Below, piece by piece: positions 24,201-37,161 of a stretch of 64,000 nt of DNA. Positions within the stretch are counted from its first letter, which is position 1, and every line of letters begins with the position of its first letter. Origin of the DNA: Saccostrea cucullata (lineage: Eukaryota). Position numbers and translations under genes: made by a program. The notes under the pieces were generated by a model, which saw only the letters and a list, made by a program, of their open reading frames with translations, did not search any database and was not told the DNA's origin. The stretch lies in the NCBI RefSeq assembly GCF_032062105.1, contig NW_026920935.1:372001-436000 (forward strand). Reading direction: 5' to 3'.

Positions 24201-27200
24201 CTTTGTAAATGTTGTTAAAATCTCAGATGCATAGAGTTTGTCTTATTTAATTACGCTTACAGGGAATATGGCACCAAAAGGGAGTTGGGGAGCGTTTGGG
24301 GAACATCTGTAACGGTCCCCGTTACAATTAGCACTAGTTGACTTTGAAAAAGCCTTTGATACACTTTCATGGAACTTTATACAAGGTGCACTTAACTTTT
24401 TTAACTTTGGACCCTCAATCAAGAAGTGGGTATCCCTTTTTAATACAGATATTACATCTGCAATAAACCAAGGTGGTAACCTTTCTGATAGAATTAACAT
24501 TCAGAGGGGTTGTAGGCAAGGCGATCCTTTGTCACCATATATATTCATTATATGTGCAGAAATTTTAGCAATCCAAATTAGATTAAATAAAAATATTAAA
24601 GGTATTTCTATAAACAATACTGAAAAAAAGATTTCTCAGTTAGCGGATGATACATCAATTATTCTTGATGGTAGTAAAATGTCCCTCATAAAAAACATTG
24701 CAAACACTTAAGACATTTTCAGAATTTTCTGGATTACATACATGTGTATAAATTATTCCAAAACTCACATAGTGTGGATAGGCTCCAAAAAGTTTAGTGA
24801 TGAAAATTGCTGCCAAATTACAAACTTAACTGGGGAACTACCAGATTTACTCTTCTTGGAATACATTTTGATGTAGAAATGGATAAAATACTACCATTAA
24901 ATTATGAACCAAAACTGGTACATATTAAATCAATACTTAAACAATGGGAGAAAAGGTATTTAACTCCCATAGGGAAAATTACTGTTATTAAAACATTAGT
25001 TCTACCATTACTAAATCATATTTTGATGTCCATCCCAAATCCTTCTGAATCATTCTGTAAGGAATTGGAAAAAATGTTTTTTTCATTTATATGGAATAAT
25101 TCAACCCATAGGGTTAAGAAAGAAGTAATTGTAAAAAAAATGTGAAGAGGGGGGTTTAAAAATGTTAAATCTAACATCTTTTATAGCCTCCATGAAATTA
25201 TTTTGGATAAGGCATCTAATTTTTACAAATAGAGGGTTGGAAAACCTCATTCCTAAATTTAATTTGAACAAATTTATAAGTTGTGGAATTGAATATACTT
25301 CAACTTTTTTAAAAACATTAAAAAATAAATTTTGGATAGATGTTTTTAAGTCCTGGATAATGTTACAAAATCTTGAGAAAAAGTTTGATGTTGCTGGTGA
25401 CTCACCACTATTTTACAATCCACATTTGCATATTGGCGGAAAACCATTTTATAATAAAAATATGTTTGAGAGCAACATTAGACAAATTAATGATATCATT
25501 AATGAAGATGGTTCACTATTTTCTTATGAGCAGTTGTGTAACACCTATCCAAATATAAAGATTAATTTCTTAGAATTCAGGAGTATTATTCATGCTATAA
25601 AGGATTGGATGAAAAACTCCGGTCAGGAAAAAACAATAAAAAAGCTCACAAATCCCATGATTATGTCTAATATCTACACAATAACAAAATGTAGAAAATC
25701 AAAATGCTATTATGAAATCCTTATTCAAAATTCTTCTGTCACAGCAGGTAGAACTTATTGGAGTGAGCTTTTAGAAGTTGGAACTCAGGAATGGAAAAAA
25801 ATTCACATGATACCCTTTAGGGTAACAAAAGATTGTAAACTACAATGGTTCCAATATAGGATTTTAAACAAAATCCTAGCAACAAATTCATTTTTATTCA
25901 AAATAAAAAAAAATGACTGTAAATTATGCAGTTTTTGTCATACTGAGGATGAAACAATAGAACACCTTTTATGGGAATGTGATAATACACAATTTTTTCT
26001 TGAAGAATTTGTACATTTGTTAGAAGAAAAAACTGGTTTAATGATAAATGTTACTAAGAAATCTTTTATTTTAGGATTTATTGAGGAAAATACTGATATT
26101 CAAAATGTTATTCTACTTTGGCTAAAATACTATATTTATACTGCCAGGTGCACAAAGAAACATATTAACTTACAAAATGCAATATCACAAATGAAATTTC
26201 ATTATGAAACACAGAAAATTATCTCTTATAAGAATGGTAAAAAGGAAAAGTTTGATACCCAGTGGAACAGGTGGAATCTGCTATTCTCTTAAACTTGAAT
26301 CTTTACACATTCTCTTTCTTTTCTCTCTCTCTCTGCTCTCCCCTCTATCTTTCTCTCTATCGTTTCTATCTCTCTTAAAATAAAAAAAAACACAGCAGTC
26401 AGTTTCTTTTGAAATATGTTTATAATGATGTATGTTGTGTGAATAAAAAAAAAAAAAAAAAAAAAAATTGCTTAGAATGACAATACATTGAGATAACAGC
26501 AGTGCAATAAATTCACAGCAGTAGGCTTCGTAGTAATCAACATGAGGTCATATAATTCGGTTGTAAAAATTAGTGATATATCAACTTGATAAATGACCAT
26601 CGATGTTTTATTGCTGAATTGCTGAATGCAGAACATTGTAATTAGTTGCTAAAATACCCAATTGCCATCTTCTAATGCTGCGGTGGTCATTAAAAGATAC
26701 AGTTATAATATGGGTCACACTTTTGACTTTAGTTAAAAATAGATCAAACTACAGGGTGTTGCTAAAAAATATACCTGACTCTACTTTAACTTTGTTGTAT
26801 TTTTAGAAAAATTAATTTTATCTCTTTATATTTTATTTTAAAAATAATTACTGACATAAAATATGTTTACATAAGACCTATATATGTTTTACTTCACGTA
26901 CTGCTAAAAAATTTACTTCACTCTACTTTGTTGTATTTTCTAGAGAAGTTAATTTTATCTCTTCATATTCTATCTAAAAACAAATTACTGACATAAAATA
27001 TGTTACATAAGATCTATGCATGTTTTACTTCACTTACTGGTTGATGTATTAATACCAAATCAAAAATAAAATTTTATTCAATGTTTTAATGATGATGTTA
27101 ACTCTTAATTAATTTCAATGAATTAATTTAATTTTAATTTAGTTTCACTTCTGAGCATTTGACTAAAAATTTAAACATATCATTTCAAAGCTAACCTTTA

Positions 27201-30200
27201 TGAAATAAAAATTATTTTAAGTAATATAGAGAGATATGGCATCTTCTAGGGGGTTGGGTGGTCATTCACGATTTGAAAAAATGTCAATAAAAAAATCTCC
27301 AGCTTTGAGACCCAAACTCCAGCTGAAAAATTTCAGATCTCCAGTTGTGATTGTTCAGTTCTGTCACATGTATGTGATATATATTTTAAAATACTAATAT
27401 ATTTATATTGTGAACGTTAGGCAAGCACAGATACCTCTATATTAAGAATTAAACGATACTGATAGACAATCTCAAAAAAGTTAAAAATGTTTTGATTGAT
27501 TTGGTAGCTTTTTTCAGCGCAACCCCTTCTGAATTCTTTGAATTCAGTTCAGAGTTAATCAGCTTCGATTTGCTACATTGCAAGTACATGGAATGAATAG
27601 ACGAATTTCACATTACCAAGAGTTATCCCCGGTTGTCATTTTTCCAACTTTGTCCTTTGTAAGTTACCTGTTAATAACAGTGCCTTATGCCGGTTGACCC
27701 TGGATTGACCGCGCAAAGGGGAATAACTTTTGTAAATGTGAGAGTCGTCTATTCTAACTGTGGTGAAGGCTTGTCCCCAGACACAGATTATTATAACCTA
27801 AACCTATTCAGTTTTAATTTTCATCCATCTCTTCAAACCACCTGTGTCATTTAGTACTGTACATCTAGATTCTGATGTCACATAATGCCAGTGTAAGTTG
27901 CATTACCAAACCGAAGCCTGAACAGAGTTAATTTTAATGAAGACTTTTCAGTTTAGTGTTTTTTGCAATAATTCATTAAATCCATGTGCAACCTTTGTTG
28001 CTTCCATAAGAAGGTAGTATGTGGAGAGAAACAGTACACTTTAGGGTGTAGGGTGGTTTCGCGCCGATTACGTATTCGCGCCGAGTGGTTTCGCCCCGTT
28101 TATCTACAGGTAAGATATGGGTAGTATACAGAATGGCTTCCCCCCGATTACCTGTATTTATAACTCAGGTAGCTTCTAATTAATTAAACCCAAGCGTTTA
28201 TGTCGCGTTATGTCGGATAATTATCCCATTTTGTATTTATACTTATAGTGAGGCCATTTTTAACCAAATTAGACTATTTGAAGAAATTTGATCGCCTAAT
28301 TTGGAATAATTTAGGACCGGATGTTAAAATAAATAAATAATGTGTATAAATTTATTATAACCATGATAACCTTATTGCTAGTCAAGTACAAGTAATATTA
28401 ATAAATACACATGTTTAATATCTACTATATAAGAGAATATTAAATGAGAATACTGATATTAAGAGTATTATAGGAAATTATACCTGCCATTGGAATCTTT
28501 TTGATCAACAATTTCCAATTTATGCTATATCATAATTTGAATTCTGTTAACTTTCATTATAGAGGTATCTTCAGTAATACAGCGGCGCGAACCCACGCGG
28601 GCGAATCCACTCGGCGAGAACAAGTGATTGGAGCGAAACCACTCGGCGCGTAAACGTAATCTGAGCGAAACCACCCGCATTCCACTTTAGCATTAAGGGG
28701 GCATAGGTTACTGCGGGGAAAAAAATCATATGGATCAAATTTTTTTTCTTCAATAATTGCTTCTATTTTAGTGCGGATATTTATAAATTATGATATGTTG
28801 TAGGATTAATAATTTGGTAATAACTTGGTAACACTAAAATATATAATGTGCCAGGTGTAATATATTTTGTATAGGAGTAGTGTTTTGTATGTCAATCACG
28901 GAGGACAGGCAGATTGGTCATTTAACACCTGGTGAACCTAAACACATAGATCTGTACACATTATACATGTAGTACACAAACCAAAAAAGTACAAGTTAGG
29001 TATATATTGAAAAAGGCTTTGAATGTAAGTGAATAAATTCACATGAATTCATTTTACATTTGTACACATATTTAAAAAGATTAGAAATTGAAATTGTTTA
29101 TTTCTTTTACAACTGTATTAGACGGATCTTAATAATCTATGAAACTGGGTCATCACTGAGGTATGGTTGAATTCTCTAAACTAGCCTTTAGATGCATCAC
29201 AGAAAGCTGACCTTTTTAAAAATAAGAAACGGAAAACTGTGTTAAATTAAAAAGGGGGGAGGGGGTACATTATAAGGTGTGTAACACCTACAGTACATAT
29301 AAGTATTATTTCAAACACACTGACATAGACCAATGTAGACAAGTCATGCCATCTGTCAGGGAGTGGACAATGATTAACAATGAAATTAATAACCATATAC
29401 AGTGATATATTCATTTAAGTTGATTTAATACAAAAGATTACCGATTCGATTATTGACCGATCATCGATCGGTTGAGTCAAACGATTTTACCGATTAATCG
29501 ATTATGATTTCCAACCGATTTGACAACACTAATTAACATTATAGTAATACATGTGGTGTTTGATCTAAGTGTATCAAGAAATACATTGTAGTCACCAAGT
29601 GTAAATGATTGTATTAGCTAGATGTCATCTAGCTTGCTCACAACTCTCATGTGTGTTTATGTTTTAGAAATGAGAATTTGTTTTTCTTTTTTTTTTTTTT
29701 TTTTTGATGAAAATGCCCTGAAGTTTCCATATATATACTATTTAGTGACCACCATCAAGCATTAAAAAAGTCAATAAGTGATAAATTTAAGGACTTGACC
29801 AGTCACATCAAAAACTCAAAAATATTGTGTGTATTTTGTTTTTAAATTTATTTTTATCTCACATATATACTAATTTCTTTTCTCTTTTAAATATTAATAC
29901 CAGACAGGAAGGAAGGATACAAGTATTACTTGTGTTTTTGATCTGGGTTAGCTTTATAATAAGGGGTGACACAGTAGTAAGGGGAACACAGCTGATGCAT
30001 GTGTTTTGTCTGACGGTTGACAAAAAAATTACACATGTCAGGGGGCACCTGTTGTAGATAGAGAACAGAGAGGTCACACACAGAGGGGGTTTATACTGTT
30101 TGTAAGATGAGGTTTGTACCTATCAATAAGTCTTTGTTTGGGGATGTCAAATTCATTTTTATTTTTTATGTTTATTTATAGTGGCCTTGAAAAGTAGAAA

Positions 30201-30320
30201 TTTATATTTATGAATGTGCAAAAGACTTCATTTTACCAGAAAATTTCTTTGATGAATGTGTAATAACTAATATTAGTCATCCAAAGCCCTCTTATTCATT
30301 TAATTTTTTAGCTCACTCTG

Positions 30321-30353
<33 letters not shown>

Positions 30354-33300
30354 TCATTTTAGGTCATCCGTCTGTCTGTAAACTTTAAACATTTTCAACT
30401 TCTTCTTAAGATCCACAGGGCCAATTTTAATAAAACTTGGTGCAAAGCATCCCTGAGTGATGGGGAGCTTAAATATTTAAATTGAAGGGTCAAGTCCTCT
30501 TACAAGGGGCAATAATCAAGAAAAGACAAAAATAGGATAGGGTCATTAAAAAATATTCTCAAGAACCACTGGGCCAGAAAAGCTGAATCTTATAAGTAAA
30601 CATTCTGTGACAGTGTAGATTTAAATTGTTCAAATCATGAACTCCAGGGAGGGGTGGGGCCACAAAAGATACTACAATGGAGAAGAATAGCAGGGCCATA
30701 GTTACTCAGTTGGATACTTTGTAATGTTCATCTTGGCATTGAGTATCGAAGCAATTTTTCCCCTTTCAATTTCTGAATCCGTTGTATGTACATTTGTACA
30801 TGTATACATACAGTACAATTTCCCATCAGCATTAAATTGTAAGTCTTGCTCTTATAAAGACAAATTACTATCATCAACTATATTTCATAAATCTCTAGCT
30901 TAAATTAATTCTTCTCATAATCATGATAATTTAATACTATATGATATGAATATCTAGTGTCAGTACCTAATTCAGAGTTACCTCTCTTGGTATTTTACTT
31001 AGTGCTTATGATGGATAGGAAGTGTTTATCATTTAACAGCAATGAAAACTTGATTACTCTCCATCAGCTGACACAGTGCATCCATTGATGAGTAATGGCT
31101 TGTGCAGATTTTTCCCAGACACTGATGAGATTGAAGGAATAGGCTATTTATAGAGGCAGCCTCCAACTGCCTGGCATTCTGTTGGGGTTACATCATCAGA
31201 AATTAAATTTACTTATCTCTTCTCAGGGAGTGTGTAAGAACTCAATTTCAAAGACTGCAGAGCTATTAGAAGTCACTAGACAGGTTTCTATTTACTTTTA
31301 CTTTACAAAACATGGTAATGAATCCATTCAGATGCATTAATTAACAGTGTATATTTAGACTGCAGAAAATTGCTGTATTAAGACACGTTCCATGCACCTT
31401 TAAAAGCAGTGAAATATGGTGATGAGAGTGCCCATCCGTCTGTCTGTTATGCACTGAGTACCCATATCCCTAGCTTCTCCTGTACTGCTGAACAAACATT
31501 GAATGAAATTTTGACAGAATGCTTTTTTAAAAAGTATTCCATTGTGTGTCTCCTATCTCTCATTTGATGAAATACATATTTTGGAGTTAAGTAAAACAGG
31601 GCACTCATCTCTTATAATTTGCAACTCCTGCAATATCACTGAATAAATTTGAATGAGACTTTTCATAGAATCTTTATTATAAAGTGTCATTGTGCACCTC
31701 CTATTTTACACCTTAAACAGGTTTTCCATAATAAAACTGGACAATGCCACTTTTCCTATAATATTAAGGGTACTGATCTGTCTTATCATCAACCTTGCCT
31801 ATATACATGTACCACTATATGAAATTTAAATACACTTTCCCAGAATCTTGGTTACAAAGTGTTATTGTGTATCTCCTATTTAATGGTTTGATGGACTTGA
31901 GGTTTCCTATATGGAAACATAAACTTGGCTATTATACTCATACTGGAGTGAAGGTTTTGTATGGAAATTAATGACCTATGCAAGAATACATTTTATTTAT
32001 GTACATTTTTCAAAAAAGAATCCATTGCACTATTTTTTCTAGTCATGAATAAAAGGATTATTAAAGATGTTTTAAGAAAAAAACTAAAGGTGCCAAAATT
32101 TATAATTTAAACTGTTCAATACTGCTGTTTAATGGATTTGACATACCACCTTTTAAAGTAGCATTTCTTTTAAATAAAACTTCAAGTCAGCATTATAGGG
32201 CCATGATGTTTGTTAACAATGCCTTATTCAAACACCAGATTACGGACATGTTTTTCTCGGCTAGGAATCAGGTATGCTGGGTCAGCCTCCCCCGAAGTGC
32301 TGGTAGAGAGAGGAATTAAAAAATGTAAATAATTCCACTATACAGGGGGGAGTAGGCTCTCAGTGCAGTGATATTAACCAGGTTTGTAATCATTGATAAC
32401 TTTGACAAGATCCCTGTGAAATTCTTGGCAGAGTCTATCTGTGTTTTCGGAGTAGATGATTCACTAGGAGGCCTGCTGCAGAAAGGAGAGCCATGATTGA
32501 AATAGGTAGGACACTTCAGAGCTTTAATTGACAACTAATTTACTTTCACAATTAGAAGATTCTGTTTTTAGTTTCTTTTTCTCTGATTTCCTGCATGGTA
32601 AATTGATTGATGATTGTTTTACTGAATGGAGAAGTGGGATGATTGGAGAGAGAGGGGGGATTCTTGACCTTGATTGACTTTCTAGATACTATATCTACAG
32701 TTATGTAACTGGTTTATGGCTGGGGAATGGTAGAAGCCCTGTGATGTAAATGGTAACAAATCACAGATATAGATACTGTATATTATGACACACGATGTAT
32801 TACAAGTGCTCTGGATAGTACGTACATGTATAATGGTATATCTTGTATCAACAAGCAGTACTTGATGGGTATTTTACTGGGGATAAGTGAAGGGACTTGG
32901 TAGTTCTCAGTTGTCTTAGTACTTAGCTGACTCTCACAAGTCAGCATTGTGGTGCAAAGTAGACAAGGAAATATGCTGAAATTTGTGAAAGTTTCTCCAA
33001 GGTTGCCCAGGAAGAAAGTTAAGTATTTACATGTTTTCTCTCTTGATCTTGTAGATAAAGAAGTTTTAGCTTCCTGTCATTATAAAGTAGTACTGGATGG
33101 TATATTTGTACAAGTTTTTTTTTTTTTTGCTGTCCCTTCACAATTTTTTTAAACCTTAATTGTAAACAATGTTACATAAAGAAAAGTATTGTATAAACAT
33201 AAGTACATGTACATTATTTTTAAAAGAATATTGAAAGATTTGGAGGAAATTTTTTCCTGTATTTACTTATAAGTATTTTGTTTTCTTTAAATAAGGAAAA

Positions 33301-35409
33301 GTCCCTGTGATAGAGGTGTTTAACCTTTCAACATAACTTCATAATTAAACGTAGCTCTGGTTGATCAGCATTGGTGGAATATTTGAGTATAATGGCTGAT
33401 CTTGTGGTGAAGTGGTTGTATGATGGGGGCTGACATGTGTTTTCCTTCTGACAATAAGAGCAGGCTGACTGATGAATCCCCAGATTCCCTCTAGATAAGT
33501 CAGATAATGGGGCACAAAGATATAATGGCTCCCATCCCAGGAACCTGTTCTCTGTCAATTTCCTACTTCACAGAGCACAAAATTTGCATTTTTATATTCC
33601 ATTTTTACACACACTGATTCAGCTGAGGTTATTAAAGCTTGTTGATAGAAACACATGCAGCTCTGGAGTTACATTCAGAAAGACTACGTCATTCTGCTGG
33701 TGCATTTTACTGCAAATGTTTTAATGGTAATCCTGATATAAGTAAATTTATGTGTAGTTTTGCTTTATACACCACACCGAGAAAGATAAAGTGTGATGGT
33801 ACAATGATTCAGTGTTCATATAAATGTATTTTGACCTCTATATGTGTTACTATGAGTGATTTCTTATGAGTATTAGTATGGAGATCAAAGGAATGATGTC
33901 ATTAGGCAGTGTTGTACAAGACTGATTGATTAAGGTGCTATGTACACCTGGACCGGGGGATGTGTGTTATGGTCACAGTACGACATCCCACATAGGTTAT
34001 CAGGGGGGCCATATTGTTCGTCATCTCTCGGCATGAGATGTATTTAGGATTCCTATTTTATATCAAGGGCCACTTAAGGCTTGTTATTCACTGTTGACTC
34101 ACTTGTGAGCCAGGCTAGGATACTCCGTAAATCTGTATTTTACATGTTCGGAACATGTAGCTATCCTAAGTGAAGCCGGAAAGCCCTTTGTAAATTTTGA
34201 AAGGTGACAAGAATCCTGTTAGCTTTGAGGGGTTCTTTTATCAGGAAGTTTGATATGGAGAAATAATATTTTACTGATAAAAAAAATTATTTTGAAAACT
34301 CTTTTTTGTATATGATCATTATTTTCTACTTGTGTACATACATGTTCTTGACATGTAGGATATACAGTTTCTTTGTTGTACAGTAAATTAATGTGATGAA
34401 CTGCCTTATTGTTAAAGATATAACATAACTACTAGTCATTCTTATTGACTGTTACAAAATAATATACAATACTACTAAATCTATATCATGTATAGTTCAT
34501 ATATATGTACCTTACTTAAAATGTCTCTTCTATAGTCATATTCGTGTATATATACCGGTATATATAAAGTACCACAAGTACAATATTTAGTAGTTTTGAA
34601 ACTTTTTACGAAATATTGTTCAACTGTCTAAACTTGTGGTGAGAAAGAGAAATTATGTTAAGGTAAACAGTCTGAATACTATTTCGTTCCTTAAAAGAAA
34701 TCAAGCTGAAAGTCCCAAAAGGGCAGAGGCTCACTGCCTATTTAAGAATGGAGAGGTGAAAGGGTGTTTACCTCCTTAATATAAAGTTTAATCTGCAAGG
34801 CATAGCACAGGAGAATGAGATTCATTTGAGTCTGAGGGGTGTGGTAACTTTTCCTTTCAATGTTACAGATGCATTACTGGCTGACCTTCAGAACACCACC
34901 ACACAAGTACGACAGTACCAGCACGGGGACGGATCCAATCGCTCGGGGGACGTAGGTCAGTCCAGGGAGCCGGTACAGAACCATGCTCAGTACAGGAGCA
35001 CTAACAATGAGTACAACGAGAGGTACACACAGAGGTCCAGCGGCAGCGAGACACCACCTCCCCTACCACCACCGCCACCCCAGGAACTTCTGGAGAGCAT
35101 TCCACCCCCCAAACAGTTTGATCAGGTGAGATCCAATTCATATCTACCACCTAAACGTGTGGACTCATTATTTGTACATGCATCTTTAAAATTGAATATT
35201 TCATATAAAGTCTCAAGGTAAATTCTTTGCAAGTATTATCGATAAACAGCAACAAAAGTAATACAATGAAGCGCATTGAAGTGGTAAAATTTTCCTTTCG
35301 AATGGAACATTTTGAGCTATCTTTAGAACGTTTATTGTCATCTTATGACACGCCCATTTCTTTAGAAATGGATAAAACGGTCAATTTGTTTTTTAGCTCA
35401 CCTGAGCCA

Positions 35410-35451
<42 letters not shown>

Positions 35452-35516
35452 TGTCGTTGTTGTCGTCGTCGTTGTCGTCGTCGTCGTCGTCGTCGTTGTA
35501 AACTTTTCACATTTTT

Positions 35517-35574
<58 letters not shown>

Positions 35575-35575
35575 A

Positions 35576-35619
<44 letters not shown>

Positions 35620-37126
35620 ATTCAAGGGGAGATAATTAAGAAATTATAAAAAATTGATGGAATGTTTCAAAAATCTTCTTCTCAAGAACCACTGTGCCAG
35701 GAAAGATGAAACTTATAGGGAAGCATCCTCAGGTAGTGTAGATTCAAGTTTGTTCAACTCATGACCCCTGGGGGTAGGGCGGGGCCAAAATGGCCGACCA
35801 AAATTTTACATAGAAATACACAGGAAAATTCTTTAAAAATCTTCTTCTCAAGAACCACTGTGCCAGGAAAGATGAAACTTATAGGGAAGCATCCTCAACT
35901 AGTGTTGATTCAAGTTTGTTCAACTCATGACCCCTGGGGGTAGGGCGGGGCCAAAATGGCCGATCAAGGATTTACATAGAAATTCATTGGAAAATTCTTT
36001 AAAAATCTTCTTCTCAAGAACCACAATGCCAGGAAAGACGAAACTTATAGGGAATTATCCTCAGGTAGTGTCGATTCAAGTTTGTTCAACTCATGACCCC
36101 TTGGGGTAGGGCGGGGCCAAAATGGCCGATCAAAGATTTACATAGAAATACATAGGAAAATTCTTTAAAAATCCTCTACTCAAGAACCACTGTGCCAGGA
36201 AAGACAAAATTTATGGGGAAGCATCCTCAGGTAGTGTAGATTCAAGTTTGTTCAAATCATGACCCCCGGGGTTTTAGGAAAATGGCCGATCAAAGATTTA
36301 CATAGAAATACATAGGAAAATTCTTTAAAAATCTTCTACTCAAGAACCACTGTGCCAGGAAAGATGAAATTTATGGGGAAGCATCCTCAGGTAGTGTAGA
36401 TTCAAGTTTGTTCAAATCATGACCCCCGGGGTTGGGCGGGGCCACAATGGCCGTTCAAAGTGTTACATAGAAATATATAGGAAAATTCTTTAAAAATCTT
36501 CTTCTCAAGAAACACTGTGCCAGGAAAGATGAAACTTATAGGGAAGCATTCTCAGGTAGTGTAGATTCAAGTTTGTTCAAATCATGACCCCTTGGGGTAG
36601 GGCGGGGCCACAATGGCCGATCAAAGTGTTACATAGAAATATATAGTAAAAATTCTTTAAAAATCTTCTTCTCAAGAAAAGCAAAGGCATGAATGATCAT
36701 ATTTTTATAGAAGCATCCTCAGGCAATGGACATTCAATTTTTGTTCAAATCATGACCCCAAGGGGTAGGGCGGGGCCACAACATGGAATCCAAGTTTTAC
36801 ATAGAAACATGTAGAAAAAATCTTTAAAATTCTTTTCAAGAATAGCAAAGCTATGATTAGTCCTGTTCATATGGAAGCATTGTTGGGTAGTGTAGATTCA
36901 ATTTTGTTCAAGTCATGACCCCTTGGGGTATAGGGCGGGGCCACAATGTAAGTTAAAATATGAAGGGCAATAAAGCCACAGGAAATCAAAGAAATATGCA
37001 TGCATCCTTAGTTATTGAAGATTCAAGTTTGTTCAATATTTTTAAATCATACCATCTCCCTTTTAAGGATTGGTTTAGACCACTACTGGGTATAAACTGA
37101 TTTCTGCTTTTTCCCTATCCTCATTA

Positions 37127-37161
<35 letters not shown>

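Larger units (their letters stand above)
20075..26467 (+). mobile_element. Near full-length L1/Tx1-clade non-LTR retrotransposon
   Basis: ORF1 plus ORF2 (APE, RT, CCHC), CT-rich 3' UTR, AATAAA running into A23 (26445-26467). The 5' boundary is approximate and no clear TSD was resolved (both sides A-rich). Confidence 0.93.
18603..27374. mobile_element. DNA transposon with 6-bp TSD; outer shell of nested stack in paxillin intron 1
   Basis: 11-bp TIR CATACATGTGA (18603-18613) / TCACATGTATG (27364-27374); TSD TGATAT (18597-18602, 27375-27380); subterminal CTCCCG/CTCCAG repeats at both ends. Confidence 0.78.

Noticed and set aside
18975-27065. CCAAATCAAA direct repeat as TSD of a middle-layer element
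   Set aside because: AT-rich 10-mer with no supporting terminal structure; may be chance
32200-34800. Alternative first coding exons of paxillin (e.g. donors at ~32272 and ~34662)
   Set aside because: Candidate ATG-donor pairs are not phase 1 as exon 2 requires; unsupported without transcripts
35227-35625. ORFs with poly-Arg or poly-Thr
   Set aside because: Translations of the (GTC)n microsatellite of the HINE
35669-36950. Regular repeat array as CRISPR, or ORFs 35761/35927 as genes
   Set aside because: Whole 166-bp units repeat with no unique spacers; the array lies inside a HINE in a eukaryotic intron and the ORFs are repeat shadows
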